The position numbers and the translations under genes were made by a program. A stretch of DNA of 64,000 nucleotides from the human T2T-CHM13v2.0 reference genome, Homo sapiens, in assembly GCA_009914755.4 (NCBI GenBank), contig CP086569.2, positions 10,976,001-11,040,000 of the forward strand, in the 5' to 3' direction. Below, piece by piece: positions 12,036-23,867 of the stretch. Each line of letters begins with the position of its first letter. Position 1 is the stretch's first letter. A model generated the notes under the pieces. It saw only the letters and a program-made list of their open reading frames with translations, was not told where the DNA came from and searched no databases.

Positions 12036-13092
12036 TTTCGATTCCATTCCACTCCATTCCATTCCATTCCATTCCATTCCATTCCATTCCATTCCATTCC
12101 ATTCCATTCCTTTCCATTGCATTGCATTCCTTTCCATTGCATTCCATTCCACTCAACTCCACTCCACTTCACTCAACTCCACTCCAATTCACTTTACTCC
12201 ACTCCGTTCTCATGCATTCCATTGCATGACGTTCCATTCCATACCATTCCATTCCATTCCATTACTTTCCATTCCATCGCATTGCATTCCATTCCACTCC
12301 ATTCAATTCCATTCCATTCCATGCTATTCCATTCCACTGCACTTTGATCCACTCCACTCAACTCCCCCAAACGACATTCCACTCCTTTCCATTCCATTCC
12401 ATTCCATTCCATTGCATTCCATTCCAGTCCAATTCCATTCCATTCCATGCCATTACATTCCACTGCACTCCGAACCACTCCACACACCTCCCCCACACGA
12501 CATTCCACTACTTTCCCTTCCGTTTCGTTCCATTCCATTCCATTCCATTCCATTCCATTCCACTCCACTCCATTCCACTCCACTCCACTCCAGTCCACTC
12601 TACTCCCCTCCATTCCATTCCATTCTATTCCACTGCACTCCAATCCTCTCCACCCATCTCAACTCCATTCCGCTCCACTCCGTTCCATTGCGTTCCATAC
12701 TGTTCAGTTCTATTTCATTCCACTCCATTCCATTCCTCTCCAATCAATTCCTCTCCACTGTATTTCACTCCGTGGCATTAAATTCTACTACACTCCTCTT
12801 CCCTCCACTCAACTCCATTCCACTCCACTCCATTATGTTCCATTCCGTTCTGTTCCATTCCATTAAATTCCACTCCATTACATTCCACTCCACTCCATTC
12901 CACTCCACTCCATTTCACTTCATTAAACTTCATTCCTCTCCCCTCATCTGCATTCCATTCCACTCCTCTCCTTTCAATTCCACTCCATTCCATTCCATTC
13001 CTTTCCACTCCATTACACTCCACACCACTCCATTCCAATCCATTCCATTCCACTTCATTCCATTCAGTTTTACTCTATTCCTTTCCATTCCT

Positions 13093-13168
13093 TTATTTCG
13101 ACTGGAACTCACTCTCTCACCCAGACTGGAGAGCAGTGGTACATTCTTAGCTCACATTTCATTTCACC
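13093..13168 (-). mobile_element. Alu 3'-end-derived fragment, subtype A
   Basis: tttatttcgactggaactcactctctcacccagactggagagcagtggtacattcttagctcacatttcatttcacc. Confidence 0.75.
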
Positions 13169-13817
13169 CTTCCATTCCATTCCATTCCATTCCATTCCAT
13201 TCCATTCCATTCCATTCCAATCTACTCCACTGCACTCAACTCCAGTCCACCTCACTCCACTCCACTCCACTCCACTCCACTCCACTCCAATACACTCCAT
13301 TCCTTTCCTTTCCATTCCATTCCATTCCACTGCACTCTGATCCACTCCACTCAACTCCACACCACTCCACTCCATTTCGTTCTGTTCCATTCCGTTCTGT
13401 TCCATTCCTTTTCCTAAACTCCATTGCTTTCCACTCCACTCCATTCCACTCCACACAATTTCACACCATTCAACTCAACTCCACTCGACTCCACGCCACT
13501 CCACTCCGCTCCACTCAAATTCACTCCATTCCATTCAACTTCATTCCATTCCATTCCACTCCTTTCCATTACATTATATTCCACCCCATTCCACTCCACT
13601 CCATTGCATTCCAATCCACTCCACTCCACTCCATTCCATTATACTCCACTCCATTCCATTCCATTCCACTTCGTTCCTCTTTATTCCACTCCACTCTATA
13701 CCACTCCACTCCATTCGTCTCCACTGCACTCCTTTTCGCCCCACTCCACTACATTCCACTCCCTTCCAATCCACTCCACTCCATGCCAGTCCATTCTAAA
13801 CCATTCCATTCCATTCC

Positions 13818-13894
13818 TTTATTTCAACAGGATCTCACTCCGTCACCCATACTGGAGAGCAGTAGCACAATGTTACCTCACATTTTTTTTCACC
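13818..13894 (-). mobile_element. Alu 3'-end-derived fragment, A/B mixed
   Basis: tttatttcaacaggatctcactccgtcacccatactggagagcagtagcacaatgttacctcacattttttttcacc. Confidence 0.7.
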
Positions 13895-14499
13895 ATTCCA
13901 TTCCATTCCACTCCATTCCATTCCTTTACATTCTATTCTACTCCACTCCACTCCACTCCATTTCGTTCAATTCCGTTCCATTCCATTTCGTTCCATTCCA
14001 TTCCAGTGTCTTCTGATCCACTACACTCAACTCCAGTACACTCCACTCCACTCCACTCTGTTCCATTCTGTTCTGTTCCTATACCTTCCCTTCCTTTCCT
14101 CTCCTTTCCATTCCAGTCCAATCCATTCCAATACACTCCACTTTATTCCACTCCACTCCACTCCTCTCCACTCCACTAAATTCCATTCCGCTCCATTTCA
14201 TTCCATTCCACTCCATTCCGTTCCATTCCACTCCATTTCACTCCTCACCATCTCCCTCCACTCCTTGCCAATTTACTCCTCTTCACTCCACTCCACTTTA
14301 TTCCTTTCCATTCTGCTCCTTTACATTCCATTACCCTCTATTCCAGTCCATTCCACTCCACTCCATTCCACTCCACTGTATTCCACTCCACTGCACTCCA
14401 TTTCACTCCACTCCGTTCCACTCCACTGCATCCTACTGCAGGCCCTTCCATTCCACTCCACTCCATCCCATTGCTTTCTACTTGATTCCTTTCCATTCC

Positions 14500-14576
14500 T
14501 TTATTTCGACTGGATCTCACTCTTTCACCCAGACTGGAGTGCTGTGGCACTATCTTAGCTAACATTTCATTTTACC
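14500..14576 (-). mobile_element. Alu 3'-end-derived fragment, subtype A
   Basis: tttatttcgactggatctcactctttcacccagactggagtgctgtggcactatcttagctaacatttcattttacc. Confidence 0.75.
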
Positions 14577-17298
14577 ATTCCATTCCATTCCATTCCATTT
14601 CATTCTATTTCATTCCATTCCATTCCATTAGACTCCACTGCACTCCCCTCCACTCTACTCCACTCCTCTCAATTCCACTCCACTCCATTCCATTCCATGC
14701 CATTCCAGTCCATTCCACTGAATTCCTATCCTCTCCCGTCAACTCCACTCCACTGCACACCACTATGTACCATTCCGTTCCATTTCATTCCGTCCCATTC
14801 CATTCCACTCCGTTCCATTCCATTCCATTCCACGCCATTCATTTCTGCTCCATTCCACTCCACTCCATTCCATTCCACTCCATTCCCTTCCATTCCACTC
14901 TACTCCTTTCCATTCCATTCCATTTCACACCACTACATTCCATTCCATTCCTCTCCATTCCTTTACATTCCACCACATTCCATTCCTTTCCATTCCACAC
15001 CAATCAACCCCAATCCACCCCAATCCACTTCACTCAACTCCACTCTGTTCCACTCCACTCCACCCCTCCACTTTCCATTCCATTGCTTTTTATTCCATTC
15101 CATTCCATTCCATTCCATTCCATTCCATTCCATTCCATTCCATTCCACTCCAATCCAATCCATTCCATTCCACACCACTCCACTCCACTCCATTCCATTC
15201 CACACCACTCCAATCCACTTCACTCCGTTCCTTTCCATTCCATTCCGTTCCATTCCATTCCATTCCATTCCGTACCGTTCCGTTCTGTTCCATTCCGTTC
15301 CATTCCGTTCCATTCCATTCCATTCCATTCCATTCCTTTCCATTCCACTCCATTCCAATGCACTCCATTCCACTCCATTCCATTCCACTCAAATCCACTC
15401 CTCTCCTCTCCACTCCGTTCCATTGTGTTCCATTCCATTCTATTCGATTCACTGCATTTCATTCCACTCCACTGCATTCAACTCCACATGAATGCGCTAC
15501 ACTCCCCCTCACATCACTCAATTTCATTTACTTCACTCCATTTCACTATATTCCATAGTATCCTTTACACTGCAATTCGATCTGATCCACTCCACTCCAC
15601 TCAACGCCTCTCCACTCCTCTCCACTCTAGTCCGTTTAACTCCACTCCATTCCATTTCATGCCATTCCATTCCCTTGCATTCCACTGCACTCCATCCACT
15701 CCACTCAATTCCACTCCACTTCACTCCATTCCACTCCACTCCTTTCTATTCCATTCCTTTCCGTTCTGTACCATTAAATTCCATTCCGTTCTATTCCATT
15801 CCATTTCACTCCATTCCATTCCACTCCACTCCATTCCTCTCCACTCCACTCCATTCTATTCTGTTCCATTCCACTCCATTACATTCAACTCCACTCCATT
15901 CCACTCCACTCCATTTCACTACTTTCCACTCTATTCCACTCCTCTCCACTACTGTCTGCAGCACTACATTCTTTCCACTTCATTCCATTCCATTCCTTTC
16001 CATTCCACTCCACACCACTCCACTCCACTTTGCTCCACTCCATTCCATTCCACTCCAGTCCATTCCTTCCAAACCATTCCATTCCACCCCACTCCACTCC
16101 ATTCCACTCCACTCCATTCCGTTCCACCGCACTCCACTCGACTCCACTCTATTCAATTCTATTCCATTCCATTCCACAGCCCTCCCTTCCATTCCACTCC
16201 ACTCCACTAAACTCCACTTCACTCCACTCCACTCTGCTCCACTCCACTCCACTGCATTCCTTTCCATTCCACTCCAATCCATTCCTTTGCATTCCTTTCC
16301 ATTCCATTGCTGTGCCTTCTGATCCACTCCACTAAACACCACTCTACTCAAGTCCATATCAATTTGTGCCGTTCCATTCCATTCCATTCCTTTCCATCCC
16401 ATTCCATTCTGTTCTATTCCATTCCATTCTACTCCATGCCATTCCATTCCACTCATTTCTACTCTACCTCACTCAACTCCACTGAACTGCACTACAATCC
16501 AGTACATAACACTCTACTCCGTTCCATTCAACTACACTCCATTCCATTCCTTTCCATTCCACACCAATACACTCCATTTCATAAAACCTTACTCCACTCC
16601 ATTCAATTCCATACCTTTTTGTTCCATTCCTTTCCACTCAATTCCATTCCACTCAACTCCATTCCGCTCTACTACACTCCATTCCAATCCTCTCCATCCC
16701 ATTCCATTCCATTCCATTCCATTCCGTTCCGTTCCATTCCATTCCATTCCAATCCATTCCATTCCATTGCATTCCACTGCACTCTGATCCAGTACATTCA
16801 TGTCCACTCCACTCCAGTCAATTCCATTCTCCTCTGTTCCATTCTTTTCCATTTCATTCCATTCTACTCCATTCCATTCCACTACACTGCATTTCACTAC
16901 ATTCCTCTCCATTCCACTACACTCCACTGCACTCTACTGCATTCCTTTGCACTCTATTTCATTCCATTCCACACCATTCCTTTTGATTGCATTCCACTCC
17001 ACTCCATTCCATTCTGTTCCACTTCATTCCATTTTATTCCACTCCACTCCTTTCAACTCCATTCCACTCCAATCCATTCCAATCTACTCCATTTCACTCC
17101 ACTATTCTCTGTTCCAATCAATTCCTTTCAATTCCACCCCATTCAATTCTATTCTATTCTTATCCATTCCACTCCTTTCCACTCCACTCAGTTCCACTCC
17201 ACTTTTCCTCTGCACTCCATTCCATTACACTACGTTCCTCTCCATTTAATTCCACCCCGGTCCATTCCTTTCCATTTTGTGGCATTCCATTCCATTCC

Positions 17299-17374
17299 TT
17301 TATTTCAACAGGATCTCACCTTTCACCGAGACTGCAGTGCAGTGGCAGAATCTTATCCCTCATTGCATTTCACC
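17299..17374 (-). mobile_element. Alu 3'-end-derived fragment, A/B mixed
   Basis: tttatttcaacaggatctcacctttcaccgagactgcagtgcagtggcagaatcttatccctcattgcatttcacc. Confidence 0.7.
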
Positions 17375-17614
17375 CTTCCATTCCATTCCATTCCACTGCT
17401 CTCCGATCCACTACACTCAACTCCACTCTACTCCACTCCACTCGGTTCCATTCCAATCCGTGCCATGCCCTTCTGTTCTGTTCCATTCCACTCCATTCTA
17501 TTCCACTCTACTCTATTCTACTGCAGTACATGTTACTCCATGCCACTCCATTACACTCCCCTCCACTACACTTCACTCCACTCCATTCCATTTCACTCCA
17601 TTCCACTACAATCC

Positions 17615-17690
17615 TTTATTTCGACTGAATCTCACTCTGACATGTAGACTGGATTGCATTGGCACAATCTTAGCACACATTTCGTTTCAG
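17615..17690 (-). mobile_element. Alu 3'-end-derived fragment, subtype A
   Basis: tttatttcgactgaatctcactctgacatgtagactggattgcattggcacaatcttagcacacatttcgtttcag. Confidence 0.7.
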
Positions 17691-18212
17691 CATTCCATTC
17701 CATTCCACTCCACTCCATTCCATTCCATTCCACTCTATTCCATTCCATTCCTTTCCACTGCACTCTGATCTACTGCATTCTACTTCATTCCACTCTACTC
17801 CATTCCACCCCACTCCACTCCATTCCATTCAGGTCCATTCCTTTCGGCTCTCTTCCATTCCACTCCATTTCATTCCACTCCTCCCCATTCCACTCTTCTC
17901 CATTCTGCTCCATTCCACTGCACTTCACTTCACTCCACTCCACTCCACTCCATTCCATTCCATTCCACTCCATTCAACTCCGTTGCTCTCTACTGCACTC
18001 CACTCCATTGCACTATACTCTACTCCATTGCATTTCACTCCACTGTTCTCCATTCCACTTCATTCCTTTCCATTCCTCTCCATTCCATTCTATTCCGCTC
18101 CATTCCACTCCAATTCATTCCACTCCATTCCATTCCACCCCATTCCACTCCATTCCATTCTATTCCACTCCATTACATTGCATTCTATTCTACTACATTC
18201 CATTCCACTGCA

Positions 18213-18285
18213 TTATTTCAACTGGATCTCACTCTGTTACTTAGACTTGAGTGCAGTCACACAATCTAATCTCACATTTCATTTC
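18213..18285 (-). mobile_element. Alu 3'-end-derived fragment, subtype A; paralog of 1529
   Basis: tatttcaactggatctcactctgttacttagacttgagtgcagtcacacaatctaatctcacatttcatttct. Confidence 0.7.
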
Positions 18286-18438
18286 TACATTCCATTCTAT
18301 TGCATTCCATTCTGTTCCGTTCCTTTCCATTCCACTCCATTCCATTCAACTGCACTCCATTTCATGCCATTCTGTTCCATTCCACTTCACTGCACTCTAC
18401 TCCACTCCATTCAATTCTACTCCATTACATTCCAATCC

Positions 18439-18515
18439 TTTATTTCTACTCAATCTCACTCTGTCACAAAGACTGGAGTGCAGTTGCACAATCTTAGCTC
18501 ACATTTCATTTCACC
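18439..18515 (-). mobile_element. Alu 3'-end-derived fragment, subtype A
   Basis: tttatttctactcaatctcactctgtcacaaagactggagtgcagttgcacaatcttagctcacatttcatttcacc. Confidence 0.75.
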
Positions 18516-18880
18516 ATTTCATTCCATTGGATTCCATTGGATTCCATTCCATTCCATTCCATTCCATTCAATTCCTTTCCATTCTACTGCACTCCGATCT
18601 GCTCCACTCAACTCCACTCCACTCCACTCTGTTCGGTGCCATTCCATTCCATTCCATTCCATTGCATTCCATTCCATTGCATTCCATTCCATTCCATTGC
18701 ATTCCATTCCATTCCATTCCATTTCATTCCATTCCATTCCGCTCCACTCAATTCCACTCCACTCCATTGCACTCCACTCCACTCCACTGCATTCTACTCC
18801 ACTCCACTCCACTCCATTCCACTCCACTCAATTCCACTCCACTCCATTCCATTACCTTCTTCTCTATGCTTTTCCATTCC

Positions 18881-18957
18881 TTTAATTCGTCCGGATCTTA
18901 CTCTGTGATCCCGACTGGAGTGCAGTGGCACAATCTTAGCTCCCATTTCCTTTCACC
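18881..18957 (-). mobile_element. Alu 3'-end-derived fragment, subtype A; paralog of 1951
   Basis: tttaattcgtccggatcttactctgtgatcccgactggagtgcagtggcacaatcttagctcccatttcctttcacc. Confidence 0.7.
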
Positions 18958-19074
18958 AATCATTTCCATTCCATTCCATTCCATTCCATTCCATTCCATT
19001 CCATTCCATTCCCCTCTACTCCACTACAATCCACGATGCTACACTCCACTCCATTGCACTCCATTCTATCCCGT

Positions 19075-19175
19075 TCCGTTCCATTCCATTCCATTCTTTT
19101 CCATTCCATTCCATTCCATTCCATTCCATTCCATTCCATTCCATTCCATACCATTCCATTCCATTCCATTCCACT
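19075..19175. repeat. Near-perfect (CCATT)n run, ~19 units
   Basis: uninterrupted ccatt pentamers with single ccata variant. Confidence 0.85.
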
Positions 19176-19502
19176 GCACTCCCATCCACTCCACTCAACT
19201 CCACTCCACTTTACTCTGCTCCACCGCCTACCATACGGTTACATTCTGTTGCGTTCCATTCCATTCCATTCTATTCCACTCCACTCCATTCCGCTCCTCT
19301 CCATTGCACTTCATTCCACTCCACTCCACTGTGCTCCACTCCATTTCGTTCCACTCATTCCATTCAACTCCATTTCACTCCATTCCATTCCACTCCACTC
19401 CATTCCACTCCACTCCACTCCACACCACTTTAATCCATTCTTATCACTTACTCTCCATTCCATGACATTCTATTCCACTCTACTCCATTCCATTGCATTC
19501 CT

Positions 19503-19577
19503 TTATTTCGACATCATCTCACTCTTTTTCACAGGCTAGAGTGCAGTGACCAAATCTCACCTCACATTTCATTTCAC
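19503..19577 (-). mobile_element. Alu 3'-end-derived fragment, subtype B; first unit of 2.2-kb HOR copy 1
   Basis: tttatttcgacatcatctcactctttttcacaggctagagtgcagtgaccaaatctcacctcacatttcatttcacc; paralog of 21797. Confidence 0.75.
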
Positions 19578-19824
19578 CATTCCATTCTATTCCATTCCAT
19601 TCCATTCCATTCCACTCAACAGCTTTGCACACCCCTCCACTCCACTCTATTCCATTTCATTGCATTCCATTCCATCCCATTCCATTCCACTCTATTCCAT
19701 TCCACTCCACTCCATTCCACACCACTTCTCTCCATTCCTTTCTATTCCATTCCATTCCCTAACCTTTCATTCCACTCCATTCCACTCCACTTTGTTCCAC
19801 TCCATTCCAGTTAATTCTATTCCT

Positions 19825-19899
19825 TCTTTTGACGGGATCACACTCTGCCATACAGGCTGAAGTGCAGTGGCACAATCTCATCTAACATTTCATTTCACC
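19825..19899 (-). mobile_element. Alu 3'-end-derived fragment, subtype B
   Basis: tcttttgacgggatcacactctgccatacaggctgaagtgcagtggcacaatctcatctaacatttcatttcacc; paralog of 22109. Confidence 0.75.
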
Positions 19900-20196
19900 A
19901 TTCCATTGGATTCCAGTCCATTCCACTTCATTCCACTCCAACCCACTCAAGTCCACTTCACTCCATTCTATTCCATTCCAATGTGCTCCACTACACTCAT
20001 CTACTCTCCATTCCATCCAACTCCATTCCACTGCATTCCATTCCACTCCACTCCACTCCATTCCTTTCCTTTCCTTTATGTCACATTCCACTCCACTACA
20101 ATCTGCTCTATTCCATTCCATTCCATTCCATTCCATTCCATTCCATTCCATTCCATTCCATTCTATTCCATTCAAGTACCCTCCATTACCTTAGAT

Positions 20197-20275
20197 TTCT
20201 TTCTTTCGACAGGATCTCATTCTTGCACCCAGGCTGGAATGCAGTGGAACAATCTCAGCTCACATTTCATTAAAC
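20197..20275 (-). mobile_element. Alu 3'-end-derived fragment, subtype B
   Basis: tttctttcgacaggatctcattcttgcacccaggctggaatgcagtggaacaatctcagctcacatttcattaaacc; paralog of 22438. Confidence 0.75.
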
Positions 20276-20619
20276 CATTGCATTGCATTCTATTCCATTC
20301 CATTTCATTCAATTCCATTACATTCCATTCCATTTTCTTCCGTTCCGTTCTGTTCCACTCCACACCACTACACTCAATTCCACTCCACTCCACTCAATTC
20401 CACTCCACTCCACCCCAGTCCACTCCATTCCACTACACTCCACTCCATTCCATGCCATCCCATTCCATTCCTCTCCAATCCACACCACTCCACTCCAGTC
20501 CACTCCATTCTATTCCATTTCATCCAATTCCACTCTACTCCATTCCATTCCATTCCATTCCATTCCATTCCATTCCATTCCATTCCATTCTATTCCATTC
20601 CATTAAACTTCATTCCATT

Positions 20620-20704
20620 TCTTTCCCTAGTTGCTACAGAATCTCACTATGTGACACAGGCTGGAGTGTAATAGCAAAATCTCATCTCTCATAGCATTTC
20701 ACCA
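20620..20704 (-). mobile_element. Alu 3'-end-derived fragment, subtype B, diverged
   Basis: ctagttgctacagaatctcactatgtgacacaggctggagtgtaatagcaaaatctcatctctcatagcatttcacc; paralog of 22836. Confidence 0.65.
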
Positions 20705-20787
20705 TACCATTCCTCACCATTCCACTTCACTTCACTTCACTGCACTCTTCACCAATGCACGCCATTCCACTCCATTCCATTCCATTC

Positions 20788-20856
20788 CTTTGTTTCGACA
20801 GGATCTCACTCTGTTACCGAGGCTGGAGTGCAGTGGCACAATCTCAACTCACATTC
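20788..20856 (-). mobile_element. Alu 3'-end-derived fragment, subtype B, short 3' end
   Basis: tttgtttcgacaggatctcactctgttaccgaggctggagtgcagtggcacaatctcaactcacattcc; truncated paralog at 22985-23040. Confidence 0.7.
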
Positions 20857-21066
20857 CATTCCATTCCATTTCATTCCACTCCATTCAATTCCACTCCAAT
20901 CCACTCCATTCCATTCCATTCCATTCCACTCCACTCCACTACACTTCATTCTGTTCCATTTCACTCCACTCTACTCCCCTCCAATCCACTCCATTCCACT
21001 GCATCCAATTCCACTCCACTCCACTCCAGTCCACCTCATTCCATTCCAGCCCCTTACATTCCATTC

Positions 21067-21144
21067 CTTTCTTTTGACAGTATCTCACTCTCTCACCCAG
21101 GCTACATTGCAGTGGCACAATCTCCGCCCACATTTCATTACACC
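21067..21144 (-). mobile_element. Alu 3'-end-derived fragment, subtype B
   Basis: tttcttttgacagtatctcactctctcacccaggctacattgcagtggcacaatctccgcccacatttcattacacc; paralog of 23156. Confidence 0.75.
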
Positions 21145-21464
21145 ATTCTATTCCATTACATTCCATTGCATTCCATTCCATTGCATTCCATTCTATTGTA
21201 TTCCATGGCATTCCATTTCGTTCAATTCCATTCCAGTCCACTCCATTCAACTACAATTAAATCCACTCCATTCCTTTTCATTCCATTCCATTCTATTCCT
21301 TTCCACTCCAGTCCACTCCACTGCACTCCACTCCACTACTCTCCACTCCATTCCAGTCCACTCCATCCCATTCTATGCCACTTCATTCCCTTCCACTCCA
21401 ATCTACTCCACTCCTGTCCACTCCACTCCACTGCATTCCATTCCACTCCATTCCATTCCATTCC

Positions 21465-21542
21465 TTTCTTTCGACAGGGTCTCTCTCCCTCACCCAGTTT
21501 GCAGTGCAGTGGAACAATATCAACTCGCATTTCATTTCACCT
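21465..21542 (-). mobile_element. Alu 3'-end-derived fragment, subtype B
   Basis: tttctttcgacagggtctctctccctcacccagtttgcagtgcagtggaacaatatcaactcgcatttcatttcacc; paralog of 23565. Confidence 0.75.
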
Positions 21543-21796
21543 TTCCATTTTATTCCATTCCATTCCATTCCATTCTATTCCATTCCATTCTATTCCATTC
21601 CACTCCACTCCACTCAATTCCACTCCACTCCACTCCTCACCACTCCACTCCATTGCAATCCATCCCAATCCATTCCATGACATTCCATTCCACTCCATTC
21701 CACTGCACTCCATTCAACTTCATTCCACTCCATTCCACTGCATTCGTTTCCACTCCACTCCATTCCATTCCGTTCTACTCCATTCCATTCCATTCC

Positions 21797-21873
21797 TTTA
21801 CTTCGACATCATCTCTCTCTGTTACACAGGCTGGAATACAGTGGCCCAATCTCAGCTCACATTTCATTTCACC
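21797..21873 (-). mobile_element. Alu 3'-end-derived fragment, subtype B; first unit of HOR copy 2
   Basis: tttacttcgacatcatctctctctgttacacaggctggaatacagtggcccaatctcagctcacatttcatttcacc. Confidence 0.75.
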
Positions 21874-22108
21874 ATTCCATTCCATTTCATCCCATTCCAT
21901 TCCATTCCACTCAACAGCACTACACACCCCTCCACTCCATTATATTCCATTCCATTCCATTCCTTCCAATTCGATTCCACTCTATTCGACTCCACTCCAC
22001 TCTGTTCCACACGACTCCTCTCCACTCCATTCCATTCCATTCCATAACATTCTATTCCACTCCATTCCACTCCACGTTATTCCACTCCATTCCAGCCAGT
22101 TCTATTCC

Positions 22109-22184
22109 TTTTTTCGACAGGATCTCACTCTGTCATACAGGCTGCAGTGCAGTGGCAGAATCTCATCTCACATTTAATTTCACC
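22109..22184 (-). mobile_element. Alu 3'-end-derived fragment, subtype B
   Basis: ttttttcgacaggatctcactctgtcatacaggctgcagtgcagtggcagaatctcatctcacatttaatttcacc. Confidence 0.8.
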
Positions 22185-22437
22185 ATTCCATTGCATTCCT
22201 TTCCATTTCACTCCATTCCACTCCACTCCACTCAAGTCTTCTTCGCTCCATTCCATTGCATTCCACCGTGCTCTACTCCATTCCTCTCCTTTCCATTCCA
22301 CCCAGTTCCATTCCACTCCATTCCATTCCACTCCACTGCATTCCGTTCCTTTCCATTAAGTGTTATTCCACTCCACTTCACTCCGCTCCGCTCCACTCCA
22401 TTCCATTCCATTCCATTACACACCACTACATTACATT

Positions 22438-22516
22438 CCTTTCTTTCGACAGGATATCACTCTTTCATCCAGGCTGGAATTCAGTGTCACACTCTCAGCT
22501 CACATTTTATTTAATC
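22438..22516 (-). mobile_element. Alu 3'-end-derived fragment, subtype B
   Basis: tttctttcgacaggatatcactctttcatccaggctggaattcagtgtcacactctcagctcacattttatttaatc. Confidence 0.75.
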
Positions 22517-22835
22517 ATGGCATTCCATTTCATTCCATTCCATTTCGTTCCATTCCATTCCATTCCATTACATTTTGTTCCATTCCTTTCTGTTCCACTC
22601 CACTCCTCTACACTCAATTCCACTCCACTCCACTCCAGTCTACTCCAATCCTCTTCACTCCATTCCATTCCTTGCCATCCCATTCCATTCTACTCCATTC
22701 CACACCGCTCCACTCCACTCCACTCCACTTCATTCTACTACATTTCATCCCCTTCCATTCCACTCCATTCCATTCCATTCCATTCCATTCCATTCCATTC
22801 CATTCCATTCCATTCCATTAAACTCCATTGAAATT

Positions 22836-22917
22836 ATTTCCGTAGTTTCTACAGAATCTCACTCTGTGACACAGGGTTGAGTGCAATAACAATATCTCAT
22901 CTCGCATATCATTTCAC
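22836..22917 (-). mobile_element. Alu 3'-end-derived fragment, subtype B, diverged
   Basis: tttccgtagtttctacagaatctcactctgtgacacagggttgagtgcaataacaatatctcatctcgcatatcatttcacc. Confidence 0.65.
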
Positions 22918-22984
22918 CATGCCATTTATCACCATTCTGCTCCACTTCACTCCACTGCACTCCACACCAATCTACGCCATTCCA

Positions 22985-23040
22985 CTCCATTCCATTCCAC
23001 TCCATTCCATTCCATTCCTTTGTTTCAACAGGATCTCCAC
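22985..23040 (-). mobile_element. Truncated remnant of Alu-derived fragment (5' T-tail part only)
   Basis: ccattcctttgtttcaacaggatctccactccgctcc; same upstream context as full copy at 20788, body deleted. Confidence 0.5.
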
Positions 23041-23155
23041 TCCGCTCCACTCCAATCCACTCCATTCCACTGCATCCCATTCCACTCCACTCCACTCCAC
23101 TCCACCACACTCCACTCCACTCCACTCCATTCCATTCCACTCCCTTACATTCCAT

Positions 23156-23234
23156 TATTTTATTTCAACAGGATCTCACTCTCTCACTCAGGCTAGAGTG
23201 CAGTGGCACAATCTCAGCTCATATTTCATTTCAC
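23156..23234 (-). mobile_element. Alu 3'-end-derived fragment, subtype B
   Basis: ttttatttcaacaggatctcactctctcactcaggctagagtgcagtggcacaatctcagctcatatttcatttcacc. Confidence 0.8.
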
Positions 23235-23564
23235 CATTCTATTCCATTCCATTCCATTGCATTCCATTCCATTCCATTCCATTTCATTCAATTCTATTCC
23301 ATTTCATTCAATTCTATTCCACTGCACTCCATTCATCTACAATACATTCCACTCCACTCCATTTCATTACTTTCTATTCTATTCCTTTCCACTCCAGTCC
23401 ACTCCACTGCACTCCACTCGACTCCACTCCACTCCACTACTCTCCACTCCATTCCAATCTACTCCATCCAATTCTATTCCACTTCATTCCCCTGCACTCC
23501 ACTCTACTCCTCTCATGTCCAGTGCACTCCACTGCATTCCATTCCACTCCATTCAATTCCATTC

Positions 23565-23643
23565 CTTTATTTCAACAGGATCTCACTCCTTCACCCAGTT
23601 TGCAGTGCAGTGGAACAATCTCAACTCACGTTTCATTTCACCT
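23565..23643 (-). mobile_element. Alu 3'-end-derived fragment, subtype B
   Basis: tttatttcaacaggatctcactccttcacccagtttgcagtgcagtggaacaatctcaactcacgtttcatttcacc. Confidence 0.75.
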
Positions 23644-23793
23644 TTCCATTTTATTCCATTCCATTCCATTCCATTCCATTCCATTCCATTCCATTCCATT
23701 CCATTACACTCCACTCCGGTCAATTCCACTCCACTTCACTCCACTCCATTCATTTCCATTCCAATCCATTCCACTCCATTCCCTTCCTTTCCT

Positions 23794-23867
23794 TTCTTTC
23801 GACAGGATCTCACTCTGTCACACAGTCTGAAGTGCAGTGGCAAAATCTCGGCTCACATTTCATTTCT
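23794..23867 (-). mobile_element. Alu 3'-end-derived fragment, subtype B; first unit of HOR copy 3
   Basis: tttctttcgacaggatctcactctgtcacacagtctgaagtgcagtggcaaaatctcggctcacatttcatttc. Confidence 0.8.

Noticed and set aside
15470-15570. Apparent unique-sequence island (atgaatgcgctacactccccctcacatcactcaatttcatttacttcactccatttcactatattccatagtatcctttacactgcaattcgatctgatcc)
   Set aside because: On inspection it is still built from degenerate 5-mers (cactc, cattt, cactt, catag...) and leads into the recurrent CTGATCCACTCCACTCAAC block. It is a diverged satellite monomer, not inserted foreign sequence.
16320-16620. AT-richer patches (e.g. ccatatcaatttgtgcc, cataaaaccttactcc, cctttttgttcc) considered as possible HSat1-like or other satellite insertion
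   Set aside because: The patches are short (<30 bp), flanked on both sides by continuous pentamer register, and one is a variant of the CCACTGCACTCCGATCC block. There is no extended AT-rich unit.
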